DNA from: Candidatus Bathyarchaeia archaeon
Lineage (GTDB): Archaea; Thermoproteota; Bathyarchaeia; Bathyarchaeales; Bathycorpusculaceae
Direction: 5' to 3'
DNA: 64,000 nucleotides
Assembly: GCA_038883715.1 (NCBI GenBank)
Contig: JAVZLS010000003.1
Location: forward strand, 1 to 64,000
The notes under the pieces are model-generated. The model was not told the DNA's origin. It searched no databases and saw nothing but the letters and a program-made list of their open reading frames with translations. Numbering within the stretch: the stretch's first letter is position 1; the number at the start of each line of letters is the position of its first letter. Position numbers and translations under genes: made by a program. This document shows positions 19,048 to 29,415 of the stretch, piece after piece.

Positions 19048-20312
19048 CGAAAGCCATAATAGTACAACGCCGAAGGTCCTTCGAGCCGTCCACCCTTGAC
19101 GAGCTTAAAAGCCTAGCCGAGTCAGCCGGTTATACGGTTGTTGGCAAAATAGAGCAGATAAGAGCCCCAGACCCCCGATACCAAATAGGCTATGGAAAAA
19201 TTAAAGAACTCGCCGAGCTTGTGAGGGAGACTGGCGCGCAAAAAATAATTTTTGACAATCCATTAAGACCTGTCCAAGCATACAACATTGCCAAAGAAAC
19301 TGGTGTGGAAGCAATAGACCGTTTCCAACTTATACTGGAAATTTTTGCAAGAAGAGCCACCACGACGGAGGCGAAGCTGCAAATTCAGCTAGCCAAACTC
19401 AAATACGAGTTGGCAAGGGCAAAAGAAAAAGTGCGGTTAGCAAAGCTTGGAGAGCAGCCCGGGTTTATGGGGCTTGGCGCATACGAGGTTGACGTATACT
19501 ATGAAACAGTCAAAAGACAAATACAAACTATTATAGAGAAGCTCAGAAAAATCAGAAGAAAACGCGTGCTGCACCGAGAAAGGAGAACTGAACTAGGTTT
19601 TCCCTCAATCTCTCTGGCTGGATACACAAACGCTGGAAAAAGCTCCTTATTCACGGCGCTTACAGAGGAAGAGGTCCCAATTGATGACGCTCTTTTCACA
19701 ACTCTTTCAACAACCACAAGGCTTGTAAAGTTTTCAAGAAAAAAGTTCCTCTTAACAGATACTGTAGGCTTCATAGATCGCCTACCACTCACACTTATAG
19801 AGGCTTTCCGCTCAACACTGGAGGAAACCATATACTCTGATCTGATACTGCTCGTTGTGGATATCAGCGAACCACTAGCCACGGTCGAAAAGAAGCTCTC
19901 CGTATGCCTGGAAACAATAGAACGCATAGGAGCCTCCGGCATCCCAATAATAACAGCCTTAAACAAAATCGACTTATTATCCGAAACGGAAATGCAACAA
20001 AAATTTGAAGCCCTCAAAGATAAAGCGCCAAAACCAGTGCTGATATCCGCTCTTTATGGACTTAACTTAGACCGGTTGAAGGAAGAAATAGCCAAAACTC
20101 TGCGAAATTATGTTCAAGCATCCTTTGCCTTGCCGCTTTCAAATGAGGCAATGTCCTTCCTCTCATGGCTTTTCAGTCGTGCGGATGTCCAAGAAATTAG
20201 ATATGAGGGCGATGCCGCCCATGTAACATTTGAGGCTGTTCCATGGTTTGCTGAAAAAGTGAAAAGCCGCGTTGAAGAACTCGGTGGAAAAATTGAAAGC
20301 TTCAAACACTGA
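19047..20312 (+). CDS. hflX: GTPase HflX (true start uncertain, upstream of called GTG 19221)
   Basis: [49 protein letters not shown]; N-terminal [14 protein letters not shown]...IGYGK is in frame from about 19047. Confidence 0.93.
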   Translation, partial: TKAIIVQRRRSFEPSTLDELKSLAESAGYTVVGKIEQIRAPDPRYQIGYGKIKELAELVRETGAQKIIFDNPLRPVQAYNIAKETGVEAIDRFQLILEIFARRATTTEAKLQIQLAKLKYELARAKEKVRLAKLGEQPGFMGLGAYEVDVYYETVKRQIQTIIEKLRKIRRKRVLHRERRTELGFPSISLAGYTNAGKSSLFTALTEEEVPIDDALFTTLSTTTRLVKFSRKKFLLTDTVGFIDRLPLTLIEAFRSTLEETIYSDLILLVVDISEPLATVEKKLSVCLETIERIGASGIPIITALNKIDLLSETEMQQKFEALKDKAPKPVLISALYGLNLDRLKEEIAKTLRNYVQASFALPLSNEAMSFLSWLFSRADVQEIRYEGDAAHVTFEAVPWFAEKVKSRVEELGGKIESFKH

Positions 20313-20316
20313 AAAC

Positions 20317-20892
20317 ATGCCAAAAATTTTTGTTTTAAGATGGGGACACCGACCAAAAAGAGACTTGCGCCTAACAACCCACGTGGCATTAACCGCCAGA
20401 GCCCTAGGAGCCTCTGGGTTCATACTCTCTGACATAGAAGACGAAAAAATAAGGGCGACTGTGGAAAAGGTTGTGAAAAATTGGGGTGGACCTTTCCATT
20501 TCGAGATGGGGACCCCTTGGAAAAAAGTTGTAAAAGAATGGAAAGCAAAGGGCGGAATCGTTGTTCACTTAACAGCCTATGGCGAAAACATCGAAACAAG
20601 CGACGTGCTGCAAAGGATTAAAGCGCTAAACAAGGATATACTGGTCATCGTTGGAAGTCAAAAAGTTCCCGGCGAATTTTTCTCAGAAGATGTTTCAGAC
20701 TTTAATGTGGCAATTGGAAACCAACCTCACTCCGAATGTGCAAGCCTCGCAGTCTTTCTGGACAGATTTTTTGAGGGTAAGGAGTTAGCCAAGAACTTTG
20801 AGAATGCCAGGCTTATGATTATTCCACAAAAAAGAGGTAAAAAAGTGACTAGAAAGTTTAATTCCGAATCCGAAACCAGAAAAGAGATTTAA
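20317..20892 (+). CDS. trm56: tRNA (cytidine56-2'-O)-methyltransferase
   Basis: [52 protein letters not shown]. Confidence 0.95.
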   Translation: MPKIFVLRWGHRPKRDLRLTTHVALTARALGASGFILSDIEDEKIRATVEKVVKNWGGPFHFEMGTPWKKVVKEWKAKGGIVVHLTAYGENIETSDVLQRIKALNKDILVIVGSQKVPGEFFSEDVSDFNVAIGNQPHSECASLAVFLDRFFEGKELAKNFENARLMIIPQKRGKKVTRKFNSESETRKEI

Positions 20893-20957
20893 ATTAAAGC
20901 TTGCATATATAAGGTAGGATAAAAGGGAATCGACGACCGATGCAGAAAAGGGTCGCT

Positions 20958-21470
20958 ATGTTATCAACAATTGATGACGCCACCTTAATGAAGGTTGCTG
21001 AGGCACTCGGCGAAGAAGAAGCCGTAAAACTAATCGAGATATTGAAGAATTCAGACGAAATAACAGACGATGAACTGGCAAACAAGACTGGCATAAGACT
21101 TAACAACGTGCGCAAAATCCTCTACAAGCTCTACGACCACTCACTCGTAAGCTTACGGCGAACAAGAGATCCAAAAACAGGATGGTTCATATTCCACTGG
21201 AAACTGCAACCAGACCAGCTGGAAGGCTTCATACTAAGCCAAAAACGAAGGGTCTTCGAAAAACTAAACATCCGTCTAGAATACGAGAAAAACCACGACT
21301 TCTACTACTGCTACACGCCGGGATGCAAACGAGTGCCCTTCGAAGAAGCCGTTGAACTAGTTTTTAAATGCCCCACATGCGGCAAACCACTAATGCATTA
21401 CAACAACGAGAAAATAGTCAAAGTTCTAACCGAAAAAGTTGAACAATTGAGGAAGGAGCTGGGTGAGTGA
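20958..21470 (+). CDS. tfe: Transcription factor E (TFE alpha)
   Basis: Winged helix TDDELANKTGIRLNNVRKILYKL, GWFIFHW, Zn ribbon C...FEEA...FKCPTCG. Confidence 0.93.
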   Translation: MLSTIDDATLMKVAEALGEEEAVKLIEILKNSDEITDDELANKTGIRLNNVRKILYKLYDHSLVSLRRTRDPKTGWFIFHWKLQPDQLEGFILSQKRRVFEKLNIRLEYEKNHDFYYCYTPGCKRVPFEEAVELVFKCPTCGKPLMHYNNEKIVKVLTEKVEQLRKELGE

Positions 21471-22002
21471 AAAGCTCCCGACAAAAGAACAAGCCCTACA
21501 ACTTCTACGGGAAAGCGGCTGCTCAGAAAACGTCATAAGACACTGTGAGGCAGTAACGGAACTCGCTGTTGAAATTGCAAAAGCATGCAAAGAAAAAGGA
21601 TTAAACGTCAACCTGGAACTTGTTGAAATAGGCGCCCTTCTCCACGATATTGGACGCTCAAAAACCCACAGCGTTCACCACGCCGTGGCTGGAGTGCAAA
21701 TAGCCAAAAGCTTAGGCTTGCCGGAACCCATAATCTCAATAATTAAGAGGCATGTGGGCGGCGGCATAACCCAACGAGAAGCGAAAAACCTCGGATGGCC
21801 CAAAGACGTTTATGTTCCCCAAACTCTTGAAGAAAAAATAGTTGCCTACGCAGACAAACTCATTGAAGGATCAAAAAGAGTCCCAATCGAAAAGACCATA
21901 AAAAAACTTTCCAGAGAACTGCCCCCATCAGCAATTGCACGAATACGAAGACTGCACGAAGAAATGTCAACAATGATCGGAGACTGCAAATGCCTACCGT
22001 GA
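21463..22002 (+). CDS. HD/HDIG-domain phosphohydrolase (TIGR00295-like)
   Basis: VIRHC, ALLHDIGRS, HAVAG, RHVGGGI, PQTLEEKIVAYADKL. Confidence 0.88.
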   Translation: MSEKLPTKEQALQLLRESGCSENVIRHCEAVTELAVEIAKACKEKGLNVNLELVEIGALLHDIGRSKTHSVHHAVAGVQIAKSLGLPEPIISIIKRHVGGGITQREAKNLGWPKDVYVPQTLEEKIVAYADKLIEGSKRVPIEKTIKKLSRELPPSAIARIRRLHEEMSTMIGDCKCLP

Positions 22003-22748
22003 CGCTATCCTCAAAAATCTATAACGATAATCAGCTGAAAAACGTTGAAGAACACCTAAAGTCCTCCCTAAAAGGCTTAAAGGTTAAGATAGAAATCATC
22101 AAAGCCGCACCGCAAGGCTGGATCCAAGCAACCCTTTCAGGCGAGGACGAAAAGGCGGCGTTAAGCTTTCTAGAAAACACAGTTGGATTGTGCCCAACCC
22201 ATATCAGCAATATAACAAAATTCTCGATGATAAGAGGGTACATAACAAGCTTAGGCAAAAGGGAAGAACAACTCCAACTGGACATCGGACCAAATATCGT
22301 AAACGTCGCAGTACCGCTGCAGCACTTACAAGCACAGCTAACGGACGGGAGAAAAATTGCCCTCAAAAAAATCGTTGAGCTTTATGGTTTCTGTGAAAAT
22401 ATGCCCTTAAAAGCAAAAATAATCAGCGCCAACGGAAAATGTTTAAAGGCTGCCTTAGCTGAAAATCAGCTGAGACAGTACAAAAGATGGATAAAGTCGC
22501 TCTTTGATAGGCTAATAGTTTTAGGCGCATCCCAACAAGAAATAAAAACAGCAGTAAAAGAGGCTAAGTGCCAAAATGATATTGTGGGAATTGAACAATT
22601 GGGACTATTTGAACACGTCATTATCTGCAAACTTGGAACAGACGCCATTGGATTAATTCCAAAAGTCGGTAAAAAACTGTCAAACGCCACTTTAAGCGTT
22701 TTCTCTCCAAAAAAGATTCTAGAAATCTTACCAGACATCATTTACTAA
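21990..22748 (+). CDS. Conserved archaeal protein (DUF2110-like)
   Basis: Position after tfe/HD gene; GEDE motif, EQLGLFEHVIICKLGTDAIGLIPKVG. Confidence 0.75.
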   Translation: MPTVTLSSKIYNDNQLKNVEEHLKSSLKGLKVKIEIIKAAPQGWIQATLSGEDEKAALSFLENTVGLCPTHISNITKFSMIRGYITSLGKREEQLQLDIGPNIVNVAVPLQHLQAQLTDGRKIALKKIVELYGFCENMPLKAKIISANGKCLKAALAENQLRQYKRWIKSLFDRLIVLGASQQEIKTAVKEAKCQNDIVGIEQLGLFEHVIICKLGTDAIGLIPKVGKKLSNATLSVFSPKKILEILPDIIY

Positions 22749-22759
22749 GCGGAAAATTT

Positions 22760-22837
22760 TGGTGGGCCGGGCCGGAGTTGAACCGGCGACCTCAGCCTCG
22801 TAAGGGCTGCGTCCTAACCAAGCTAGACGACCGGCCC
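22760..22837 (-). tRNA. tRNA-Val(TAC), CCA encoded, no intron
   Basis: Reverse complement GGGCCGG-TC-GTCTAGCTTGGTTAGGAC-G-CAGCC CT TAC GA GGCTG-AGGTC-GCCGG TTCAACT CCGGC-CCGGCCC-A-CCA folds as a cloverleaf. Confidence 0.96.
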
Positions 22838-22852
22838 GCGAATCTGCAGTTG

Positions 22853-23242
22853 CTATATGAAGATTGTTATTACCCCGTATTCTCTGGACGCTTCTGCTTG
22901 CTCCTTGTCTGATGTTAATAGTGGTGCACTGGTGTTTATTGCTAAAGCTATGAAGAGGGCGTCGTAAATTGTGATTTTATGTTTAACTGCTATTTCTAAA
23001 GCTTTTGGGAAATGTTCTACTTGCGATGTCATCTTGACTATTTTTGGTATATGATTTATTATCTCCTGGGCAGTCTCGATGTCAACCTCGCCTTTAAGCA
23101 TCTTTTTTATCAGCGCATTTGCTGCCTCTTTTAAGGCTAAATTTAATGTTGCACAGCCTTCTTTTAAATGCTTTTCAACGTTTTCCCAGCCTTCCTCTTT
23201 AACTATATATTTTATTAACGCTGAAGAATCAATGACTTTCAC
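22853..23242 (-). CDS. vapC: VapC-type PIN-domain toxin
   Basis: VIDSSALIKY, E in LALKEAANAL, ITIYDALFIALA, LLTSDKEQ. Confidence 0.9.
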   Translation of the reverse strand: MKVIDSSALIKYIVKEEGWENVEKHLKEGCATLNLALKEAANALIKKMLKGEVDIETAQEIINHIPKIVKMTSQVEHFPKALEIAVKHKITIYDALFIALAINTSAPLLTSDKEQAEASREYGVITIFI

Positions 23243-23459
23243 GGTCTTCCCTCACAGACTTTTCGGCGAACCCTTTCTCGGAAGGTTTAACTTTTTCAAG
23301 AAGCTTCTTCATAGTTTCTGTTTCCTCTTTTAATCTGATTTTCCAGAATAACTCCTCTAAGTGTTTTCTAACGGTTTCTGATATGTTGACGCCTGCTTTC
23401 TCGAGGGTTTCCTTAATCTCTTTTTTAATGCGGACAGCTATTGTTGATGTTTGCGTCAT
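23229..23459 (-). CDS. vapB: VapB-type antitoxin (ribbon-helix-helix-like)
   Basis: STIAVRIKKEIKETLEKAGVNISETVRKHLEE, C-terminal SVREDRE; overlaps vapC start. Confidence 0.85.
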   Translation of the reverse strand: MTQTSTIAVRIKKEIKETLEKAGVNISETVRKHLEELFWKIRLKEETETMKKLLEKVKPSEKGFAEKSVREDRESH

Positions 23460-23564
23460 GTTTACTCATTGTATACTTACAGTAAACAAGCTATAAATGT
23501 TCCGATTATCTAGACCAGCCGAGCGCACAAAATATTAAAAACATAGTTAAACATTATTTCGGCG

Positions 23565-24665
23565 ATGGCTAAAGGTGGTGCCTTGAAAAAAATCATAACT
23601 ACAGGTGCTGGTGGACCTGCTGGAATAAATTTTATAATGTCTCTTCGCCTTGCCCCGGAGAAGATTTTCATAGTGGGAACTGAAGCGAACGAGCATTTTA
23701 TTTATTTGGCGCCAGCTGATAGGAAGTATCTGGTTCCAAGGGCTGAAGAGGAGAACTATATCGAAAGGTTAAATGAGATTATCTGGAAAGAGAAGGCTGA
23801 GTTTTTGCATGCGCAAACCGACACTGAAGTGGCTGTTGTTTCGGAAAATCGTGAGAAGATTGAGGCTGATGTGTTTTTGCCTTCGAAAGAGACTGTGAAG
23901 ATATGTCAAGATAAGCTTGAATCTGCCAAAATTTGGATGAAGAAGGGTGTTCCAGTGGCAAAAACTGTGGAAATTCGAAATGAAAAGGATGTTGATAAAG
24001 CTTTTGAGGAGTTGGGTAGTTCCATTTGGATAAGGGCGCGGCACGGCGCTGGTGGAAGAGGAAGCACACCAGCCTACAATAAAGAGACGGCTCTTTCATG
24101 GATAAACTATTGGAGGGCGCGTGGCATGAAATGGGATTTCATAGCCCAAGAACGCCTGCCGGGAAGAAACATAGGCTTCCACAGCCTTTGGAAGGATGGG
24201 GAGCTTGTGACCTCTATGGCTAGAGAACGCATTGAATACATATATCCACATCTTGCGCCTTCTGGAGTGACAGGCACGCCGGCTGTTCAAAGGACCATAC
24301 ATAATGATAATGTGAATAGGATTGCAACGGAGGCTGTTCTCGCCATAGACCCAAACTTTAATGGGATAGCATGTGTGGATCTGAAAGAGAACAGAAATGG
24401 TGTTCCATGTGTTACAGAGATTAACGCCGCAAGAATGTTCACCACATCATTTTTCTTCTCCTACGCTAGCAAAGTCCTGCGTAAGGATCACCACGCGAAT
24501 ATTCCATATTTGTATGTTAAACTAGCCTATAAGGAGAGCATTCCAGAAATCCCAAAATATAATATTCTGCCAGAAAATATTTTCTGGATACGCCATATCG
24601 ACGCGCCAGCAAAACTGGTTACGAATGGCAAAATCGTTGGAGAAATGTACCGTTGGTGTGAATGA
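23565..24665 (+). CDS. ATP-grasp carboxylate-amine ligase in glycan cluster
   Basis: TGAGGPAG, CQDKLES, RARHGAGGRGS, AQERLPG, VDLKE...VTEINAAR. Confidence 0.8.
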   Translation: MAKGGALKKIITTGAGGPAGINFIMSLRLAPEKIFIVGTEANEHFIYLAPADRKYLVPRAEEENYIERLNEIIWKEKAEFLHAQTDTEVAVVSENREKIEADVFLPSKETVKICQDKLESAKIWMKKGVPVAKTVEIRNEKDVDKAFEELGSSIWIRARHGAGGRGSTPAYNKETALSWINYWRARGMKWDFIAQERLPGRNIGFHSLWKDGELVTSMARERIEYIYPHLAPSGVTGTPAVQRTIHNDNVNRIATEAVLAIDPNFNGIACVDLKENRNGVPCVTEINAARMFTTSFFFSYASKVLRKDHHANIPYLYVKLAYKESIPEIPKYNILPENIFWIRHIDAPAKLVTNGKIVGEMYRWCE

Positions 24666-25642
24666 TGCGTGTATGGTATGACGCATGCACTGGAAAACAC
24701 GTGCGTTACGGCGTTGCCATAGCAAGAAGACTTAGGGAAATGGGACACGAGGTCGTATTAACTACCCGCAAACATCCAGACACCGTGCCCCTTGCAAAAC
24801 TCTTGAATGAAAATTTCATTGTTGTTGGAAAATATAATCCAAAGTCCTTACTTTCGAGACTTAAAGAGAGCGCTCGGCGTCAACTATCGTTTTGCAAAAT
24901 TTTTGGAGAGAATGCCCCGGACGTTGCTCTCTCACATGGTTCTGTGGATCAAATCCGGGTGGCTTTTGGGTTAAAAATTCCGACTATAACAACCCTTGAC
25001 ACACCTTATGCTGATGCTGTGCATAGGCTTACCTTGCCGCTTGCAGACTACATTGTCGTTTCAAAGGCTATTCCAGAGGAAACCCTACAAAAATACAACG
25101 TTAAGGGTAAGATAATACACTTTGATGGTGTCGATGAGGTTGCATGGATAAAGGGTTTTAAACCTTTAATGAAGTATGATTTTGAAAAGCCACTTATTGT
25201 TGTTAGGGAGGTTGAAGAAAGAGCCGTATATGTCGAAGGGAAGTTCTCCTTTGTTAATTTGGCAAAAAAGTTGACGCGACTGGGCAATGTTGTTTTTCTC
25301 CCGAGATATCGACGGAGAGCTATCAAAGGCTTAATTGTTCCGAAGGGATTTGTTGATTCTGCGAGTTTGGTGGCGCAGGCGGACTTGTTTGTTGGGGCTG
25401 GTGGAACCATTACGAGGGAAGCCGCGTTACAAGGAACACCAGCCATTGTGGTGGACATGTTTCAGGAGCAGTACGTGAACGACTATTTAGCTGAGAAGGG
25501 ATTTCCAATATTTAGGACGGAGTTGGCCTCTGCTTATAATTTAGCAAGGGAAGTTTTAGGCAGCAAGAAGGATACAGGTGATTTATTGGCTAAGCTTGAG
25601 AATCCCGTTGATGTAATTGCGAGTATTGTGGAAAAGGGCTGA
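24662..25642 (+). CDS. DUF354 family GT-B glycosyltransferase-like protein
   Basis: MRVWYD...KHV, GHEVVLTTR, SHGS, GAGGTITREAALQGTP. Confidence 0.8.
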   Translation: MMRVWYDACTGKHVRYGVAIARRLREMGHEVVLTTRKHPDTVPLAKLLNENFIVVGKYNPKSLLSRLKESARRQLSFCKIFGENAPDVALSHGSVDQIRVAFGLKIPTITTLDTPYADAVHRLTLPLADYIVVSKAIPEETLQKYNVKGKIIHFDGVDEVAWIKGFKPLMKYDFEKPLIVVREVEERAVYVEGKFSFVNLAKKLTRLGNVVFLPRYRRRAIKGLIVPKGFVDSASLVAQADLFVGAGGTITREAALQGTPAIVVDMFQEQYVNDYLAEKGFPIFRTELASAYNLAREVLGSKKDTGDLLAKLENPVDVIASIVEKG

Positions 25643-25651
25643 GCGAAGTGG

Positions 25652-26158
25652 TTAAAGTTTCTTTTTAGCTTCGATGAATTCTTTCCTTTTGGTCTCGTAT
25701 TCTTGTCTGGTCATCATTGGTTTTGCTGGTATTCCCTTTACAACAGTGTTGGGTGCCACGTCCCTTGTGACTACGCTTCCGGCTGCTACTACAGAATTTT
25801 CATGAACTGTTACGTTTGGGAGTACGGTTACGCATCCGCCTATGACGACGTTATCCTTTATTATTGATGGAGTTAGGCATCGGCTATGGGGGAATTTGTC
25901 GTTTAGTAGGCTGGTGTTAGGGCCTATGAAGACATTATCGCCTATTTGGCACTCGTTTGATATTGTTACGTGGGCTTGAATTATGCAGTTTTTGCCTATA
26001 ACAACATTTTTGCCTATATCGCAGAAACTACCTATGCGTGTTCCATCGCCTATTCGTGTGTTGTCGCCTATAACCACATAATTCCAGATAGTAACGTCTT
26101 TGCCGAATTGAACGTTTTCACCTATTATTACGCCTTTACCTGTTTTAGGTTTGGACAT
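25652..26158 (-). CDS. Hexapeptide-repeat sugar N-acetyltransferase (WbpD-like)
   Basis: Left-handed beta-helix repeats, VFIGPN..LLND, VAAGSVVTRDV...GIPAK. Confidence 0.85.
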   Translation of the reverse strand: MSKPKTGKGVIIGENVQFGKDVTIWNYVVIGDNTRIGDGTRIGSFCDIGKNVVIGKNCIIQAHVTISNECQIGDNVFIGPNTSLLNDKFPHSRCLTPSIIKDNVVIGGCVTVLPNVTVHENSVVAAGSVVTRDVAPNTVVKGIPAKPMMTRQEYETKRKEFIEAKKKL

Positions 26159-26250
26159 TGTTGGTTCTCCTTTGCTGTTTTACTATAGCTGTGAAGTTTA
26201 AATAGTTTGGTGGTTTCAATTGTTTTGGCTGGAGTAAGGTTGGTCTGGGA

Positions 26251-27126
26251 ATGGTTAAGGAGAAGGTTTTAGTTGTGGGTTTGGGGGAGGTTGGTCGACC
26301 ACTCTTCGAACTTTTGAGGGAAAGTGGAAAGTTTGAGGTTTATGGTTATGATTTAGATGAGGGTAAGATGCGGGATGTTGGGCAGTTTGCTGCTTTGCCA
26401 GACAGGTTTGATGTTATGCATGTTTGTATTCCATGCCGTGACAAGGAGGAGTTTGTGGAAATTGTGGCTGGTTATGTGGAGCGTTTTAAGCCTAAGTTAG
26501 TTATTATTAACAGCACGGTTGCTCCTGGCACAACAATGGATGTTTATAGACGGGTTAAAGGCGCTTGTCTCCTGGTGCATTCACCTGTTCGTGGTGTGCA
26601 TAAAAGTTTAGAACATATGAAGTGGGAGTTGAGGCGTTGGACGAAGTATGTTGGCGGTATTAATGAGAAATCTGCGGAAGCTGCCAAAAGACATTTAGAA
26701 AAGGCTGGGTTGAAAACTAATGTTTTAAAGAGTTGCTTTGAAACGGAGTTGGCTAAGCTTTTTGAAACTACTTACAGGGCTTGGATGATTGCTTGTTTTC
26801 AGGAAATGCATAGGATTAGCCGGCATTTTGGTGCTGATTTTAATGATGTGGTTGATTTTATCGAAGATACACACCGTGTGAGATTCGACAGACCAGTTAT
26901 GTTTCCAGGAGTTATTGGTGGACACTGCCTAATACCAAACACAGAACTCCTGTTGAAAGCTTATGATTCGGAGTTTTTAAGGTTAATATTGAAATCGAAT
27001 GAGAGACGCAAAAAAGAGGTCGAAGATGAGCATGTGAGAAGGGAGATTGAGAAAATTAGGGGGAGGGTTGTGGCCCTTGAAAGGGATATTGCAATGTTGA
27101 CGGCTCGCTGTGAAGGGAGTTTTTAA
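26251..27126 (+). CDS. UDP-glucose/GDP-mannose dehydrogenase family protein (short form)
   Basis: VVGLGEVG, INSTVAPGTT, HSPVRG, ELAKLFET, catalytic GGHCL. Confidence 0.85.
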   Translation: MVKEKVLVVGLGEVGRPLFELLRESGKFEVYGYDLDEGKMRDVGQFAALPDRFDVMHVCIPCRDKEEFVEIVAGYVERFKPKLVIINSTVAPGTTMDVYRRVKGACLLVHSPVRGVHKSLEHMKWELRRWTKYVGGINEKSAEAAKRHLEKAGLKTNVLKSCFETELAKLFETTYRAWMIACFQEMHRISRHFGADFNDVVDFIEDTHRVRFDRPVMFPGVIGGHCLIPNTELLLKAYDSEFLRLILKSNERRKKEVEDEHVRREIEKIRGRVVALERDIAMLTARCEGSF

Positions 27127-27131
27127 CGGGT

Positions 27132-28076
27132 GTGAAAATGAGGGTGGTTATGGTTAATGATTGTGCTTTTGTTGGCGAAACCTTACTGAAGTATATGCCA
27201 GGTGATGTGGAGAAGTTGCATATTAGGCGGACGAGGGGTTTTTGGAGTAAAACTTTTGGTTTAGCCTATAAAATTTTGAGGGCTAAGGGTGACGTTTATC
27301 ATGTGCATTATCTTCTTCAGGATTGTTATATGGCGGCGCGTTTTGGGAAAAAACCTTTAGTTGGGCATGCCCACGGCAGCGATTTAAGAGCAGCTCTTCG
27401 GCATCCTATTTGGGGCAGAATAGTTAAGCACAATCTAATGAATTGCGACAAAGTTTTGGTTAGTACGCCGGACATTCTTGCCATAGCTAAAAAGTTTAGA
27501 GAAGATGCTGAGTACTTGCCAAATCCGGTGGACATGGAGATTTTTTATCCAAAGCCTATAATTGAACATGGCGGTAAAAAGAGGGTGCTTATTGCAAGTG
27601 ATTGTAATTGGGCTGTTAAGGGCACGGATATTGCAGTAAGGGCTTTAAGCAAAATTAAGGACGAGGTTGAAGTTAGCATTATTAAACACGGCGTGAATTT
27701 TGAAAAAACCTTGGCTTTGGCACGTTCCCTAGGCTTACATTTAAACATACTTCCAAAAGTTCCACATGAAAAGGTCCGCGAATACTATTGGAACGCTGAT
27801 GTTGTGATTGACCGGTTCAAATTGGGATCGCTTGGGATGGTTTCTTTAGAGGCTATAGCATGCGGCAGACCAGCAATAACATACGCATCATCAGAATATC
27901 CGCAGTATGAAGATTATCCCTTGAAGGATATTTGCGAAGAAAGCGCGATAGCTGAAGTTGTATTAACTTCAGGTGAGGAATTGTGGCGGAAGCAGTTTAA
28001 TTACATTAAAAGACATCATGAAGCGAAAAATATAGTTAAGCAATTATTAAGCGAATATAATGAGGTGAAACGATGA
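27132..28076 (+). CDS. Glycosyltransferase family 4
   Basis: HAHGSDLR, PNPVD, KGTD, LGMVSLEAIACGRP. Confidence 0.9.
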   Translation: MKMRVVMVNDCAFVGETLLKYMPGDVEKLHIRRTRGFWSKTFGLAYKILRAKGDVYHVHYLLQDCYMAARFGKKPLVGHAHGSDLRAALRHPIWGRIVKHNLMNCDKVLVSTPDILAIAKKFREDAEYLPNPVDMEIFYPKPIIEHGGKKRVLIASDCNWAVKGTDIAVRALSKIKDEVEVSIIKHGVNFEKTLALARSLGLHLNILPKVPHEKVREYYWNADVVIDRFKLGSLGMVSLEAIACGRPAITYASSEYPQYEDYPLKDICEESAIAEVVLTSGEELWRKQFNYIKRHHEAKNIVKQLLSEYNEVKR

Positions 28077-28867
28077 GGATCGATGTAATTTTACTTACCA
28101 AGAACAGTTTAAAACCATGTTTAAATGATTGCCTAAAAAGCATCTACTCAAATGTACCAGTAAACCGCTTGATAGTAGTCGATGGAGGCAGTAGTGATGG
28201 AACCATAGATTTAATTTCAAAGTTTCCAAAAGTCAAAGTAATTAATGATTCTAAGGGCAACAGAGCAACCGCCCGACAAAAGGGTATAGACGCTGTTGAA
28301 ACTGAATGGCATCTCCACGTGGATTCAGATGTAATATTGTGCAAAGATTGGTTTAAAAAAGCGTCTAAGTATTTAAAAGACGACGTCGGGGCTATATGGG
28401 GAGTAGCGATCCCAATAGAAAAACATAGTTTTAACATAGTTTATGCCATGAGTAAACTTTATCGCCTACCAATAAAGGACTTGCTTTTAAAACAAATAAG
28501 ATCTGAAAGATATAATACACATGATACTTTAATTCGGACCGAAGCTGTGAGAGGAATACGAATACCAAAAGACCTTCATGTCTGGGAGGATGATTACATT
28601 GGAAGATACGTCATTAAAAAGGGATTTAAGTTTTTAAAAGTGAAGAACCCCTACTGCCTTCATAACGTCTCTGAAAAAAGGCTCGACGCACTTCAAGGTT
28701 ATCTAATTCACAAGCATCAAATTTGGAACTTTAGAAAAACTTTTATGCACTTCCTTTTAGGGATTCCGAAGGCTGCATGTATATACGCACTTACAATGGA
28801 CTTTGAAGCTGCAAAGCGGCAAGCATTAGCATGTATAATGCTTATGAAAGGATGGTTATCTTTTTGA
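28073..28867 (+). CDS. Glycosyltransferase family 2
   Basis: IVVDGGSSDGT, ARQKG, HVDSDV, WEDD. Confidence 0.9.
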   Translation: MRIDVILLTKNSLKPCLNDCLKSIYSNVPVNRLIVVDGGSSDGTIDLISKFPKVKVINDSKGNRATARQKGIDAVETEWHLHVDSDVILCKDWFKKASKYLKDDVGAIWGVAIPIEKHSFNIVYAMSKLYRLPIKDLLLKQIRSERYNTHDTLIRTEAVRGIRIPKDLHVWEDDYIGRYVIKKGFKFLKVKNPYCLHNVSEKRLDALQGYLIHKHQIWNFRKTFMHFLLGIPKAACIYALTMDFEAAKRQALACIMLMKGWLSF

Positions 28868-29391
28868 AAAATCAACATAGAAGAAAAATCACACTTGATA
28901 TTGGGTGCGGCTTTAGCGCTAAGAGCAAAATTGGAGAGAAATACATCGCTAAACCAAGAGGAGACGTAAATATCGACACAGGCAAACCTGAGCTAAAAAT
29001 CCATAACTTTGTTCGAGCATCTGCAGAAAAATTGCCCTTCAGAGAAGGGGTTTTTGATGAGGTTTACATGATTCATGTAATTGAACATTTAAACAACCCT
29101 TTAAACGCTCTAAAAGAAATTTTCAAAGTATTGAAAAAAAATGGAAAACTAATTTTGGTTACTCCTAATATATATTCAAAGTCCTCATATACCGATCCTA
29201 CACATAAATGGCATTTCGATGCACGCTCGCTCAAAGAATGTTTCAAAGCGTCTGGTTTTTTTATTAGCATCAAGGTGAGGGGGGAGGGGGGATGTTGGAT
29301 CCCAATAAAGGGAAATACGAGGCTTTGGGGAAAATTTTTAGGAAAAATTCACTTTTTAGCCAAGGATTTAGTAGTCACATGCCGGAAATAA
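28831..29391 (+). CDS. Class I SAM-dependent methyltransferase
   Basis: LDIGCG, ASAEKLPF...FDEVYMIHVIEHL, LKKNGKLILVTPN, DPTHKWHF; real start may be 28852 or 28864. Confidence 0.85.
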   Translation: MYNAYERMVIFLKNQHRRKITLDIGCGFSAKSKIGEKYIAKPRGDVNIDTGKPELKIHNFVRASAEKLPFREGVFDEVYMIHVIEHLNNPLNALKEIFKVLKKNGKLILVTPNIYSKSSYTDPTHKWHFDARSLKECFKASGFFISIKVRGEGGCWIPIKGNTRLWGKFLGKIHFLAKDLVVTCRK

Positions 29392-29415
29392 GGTTGAGGT
29401 AAAAAAGGTGAAATT

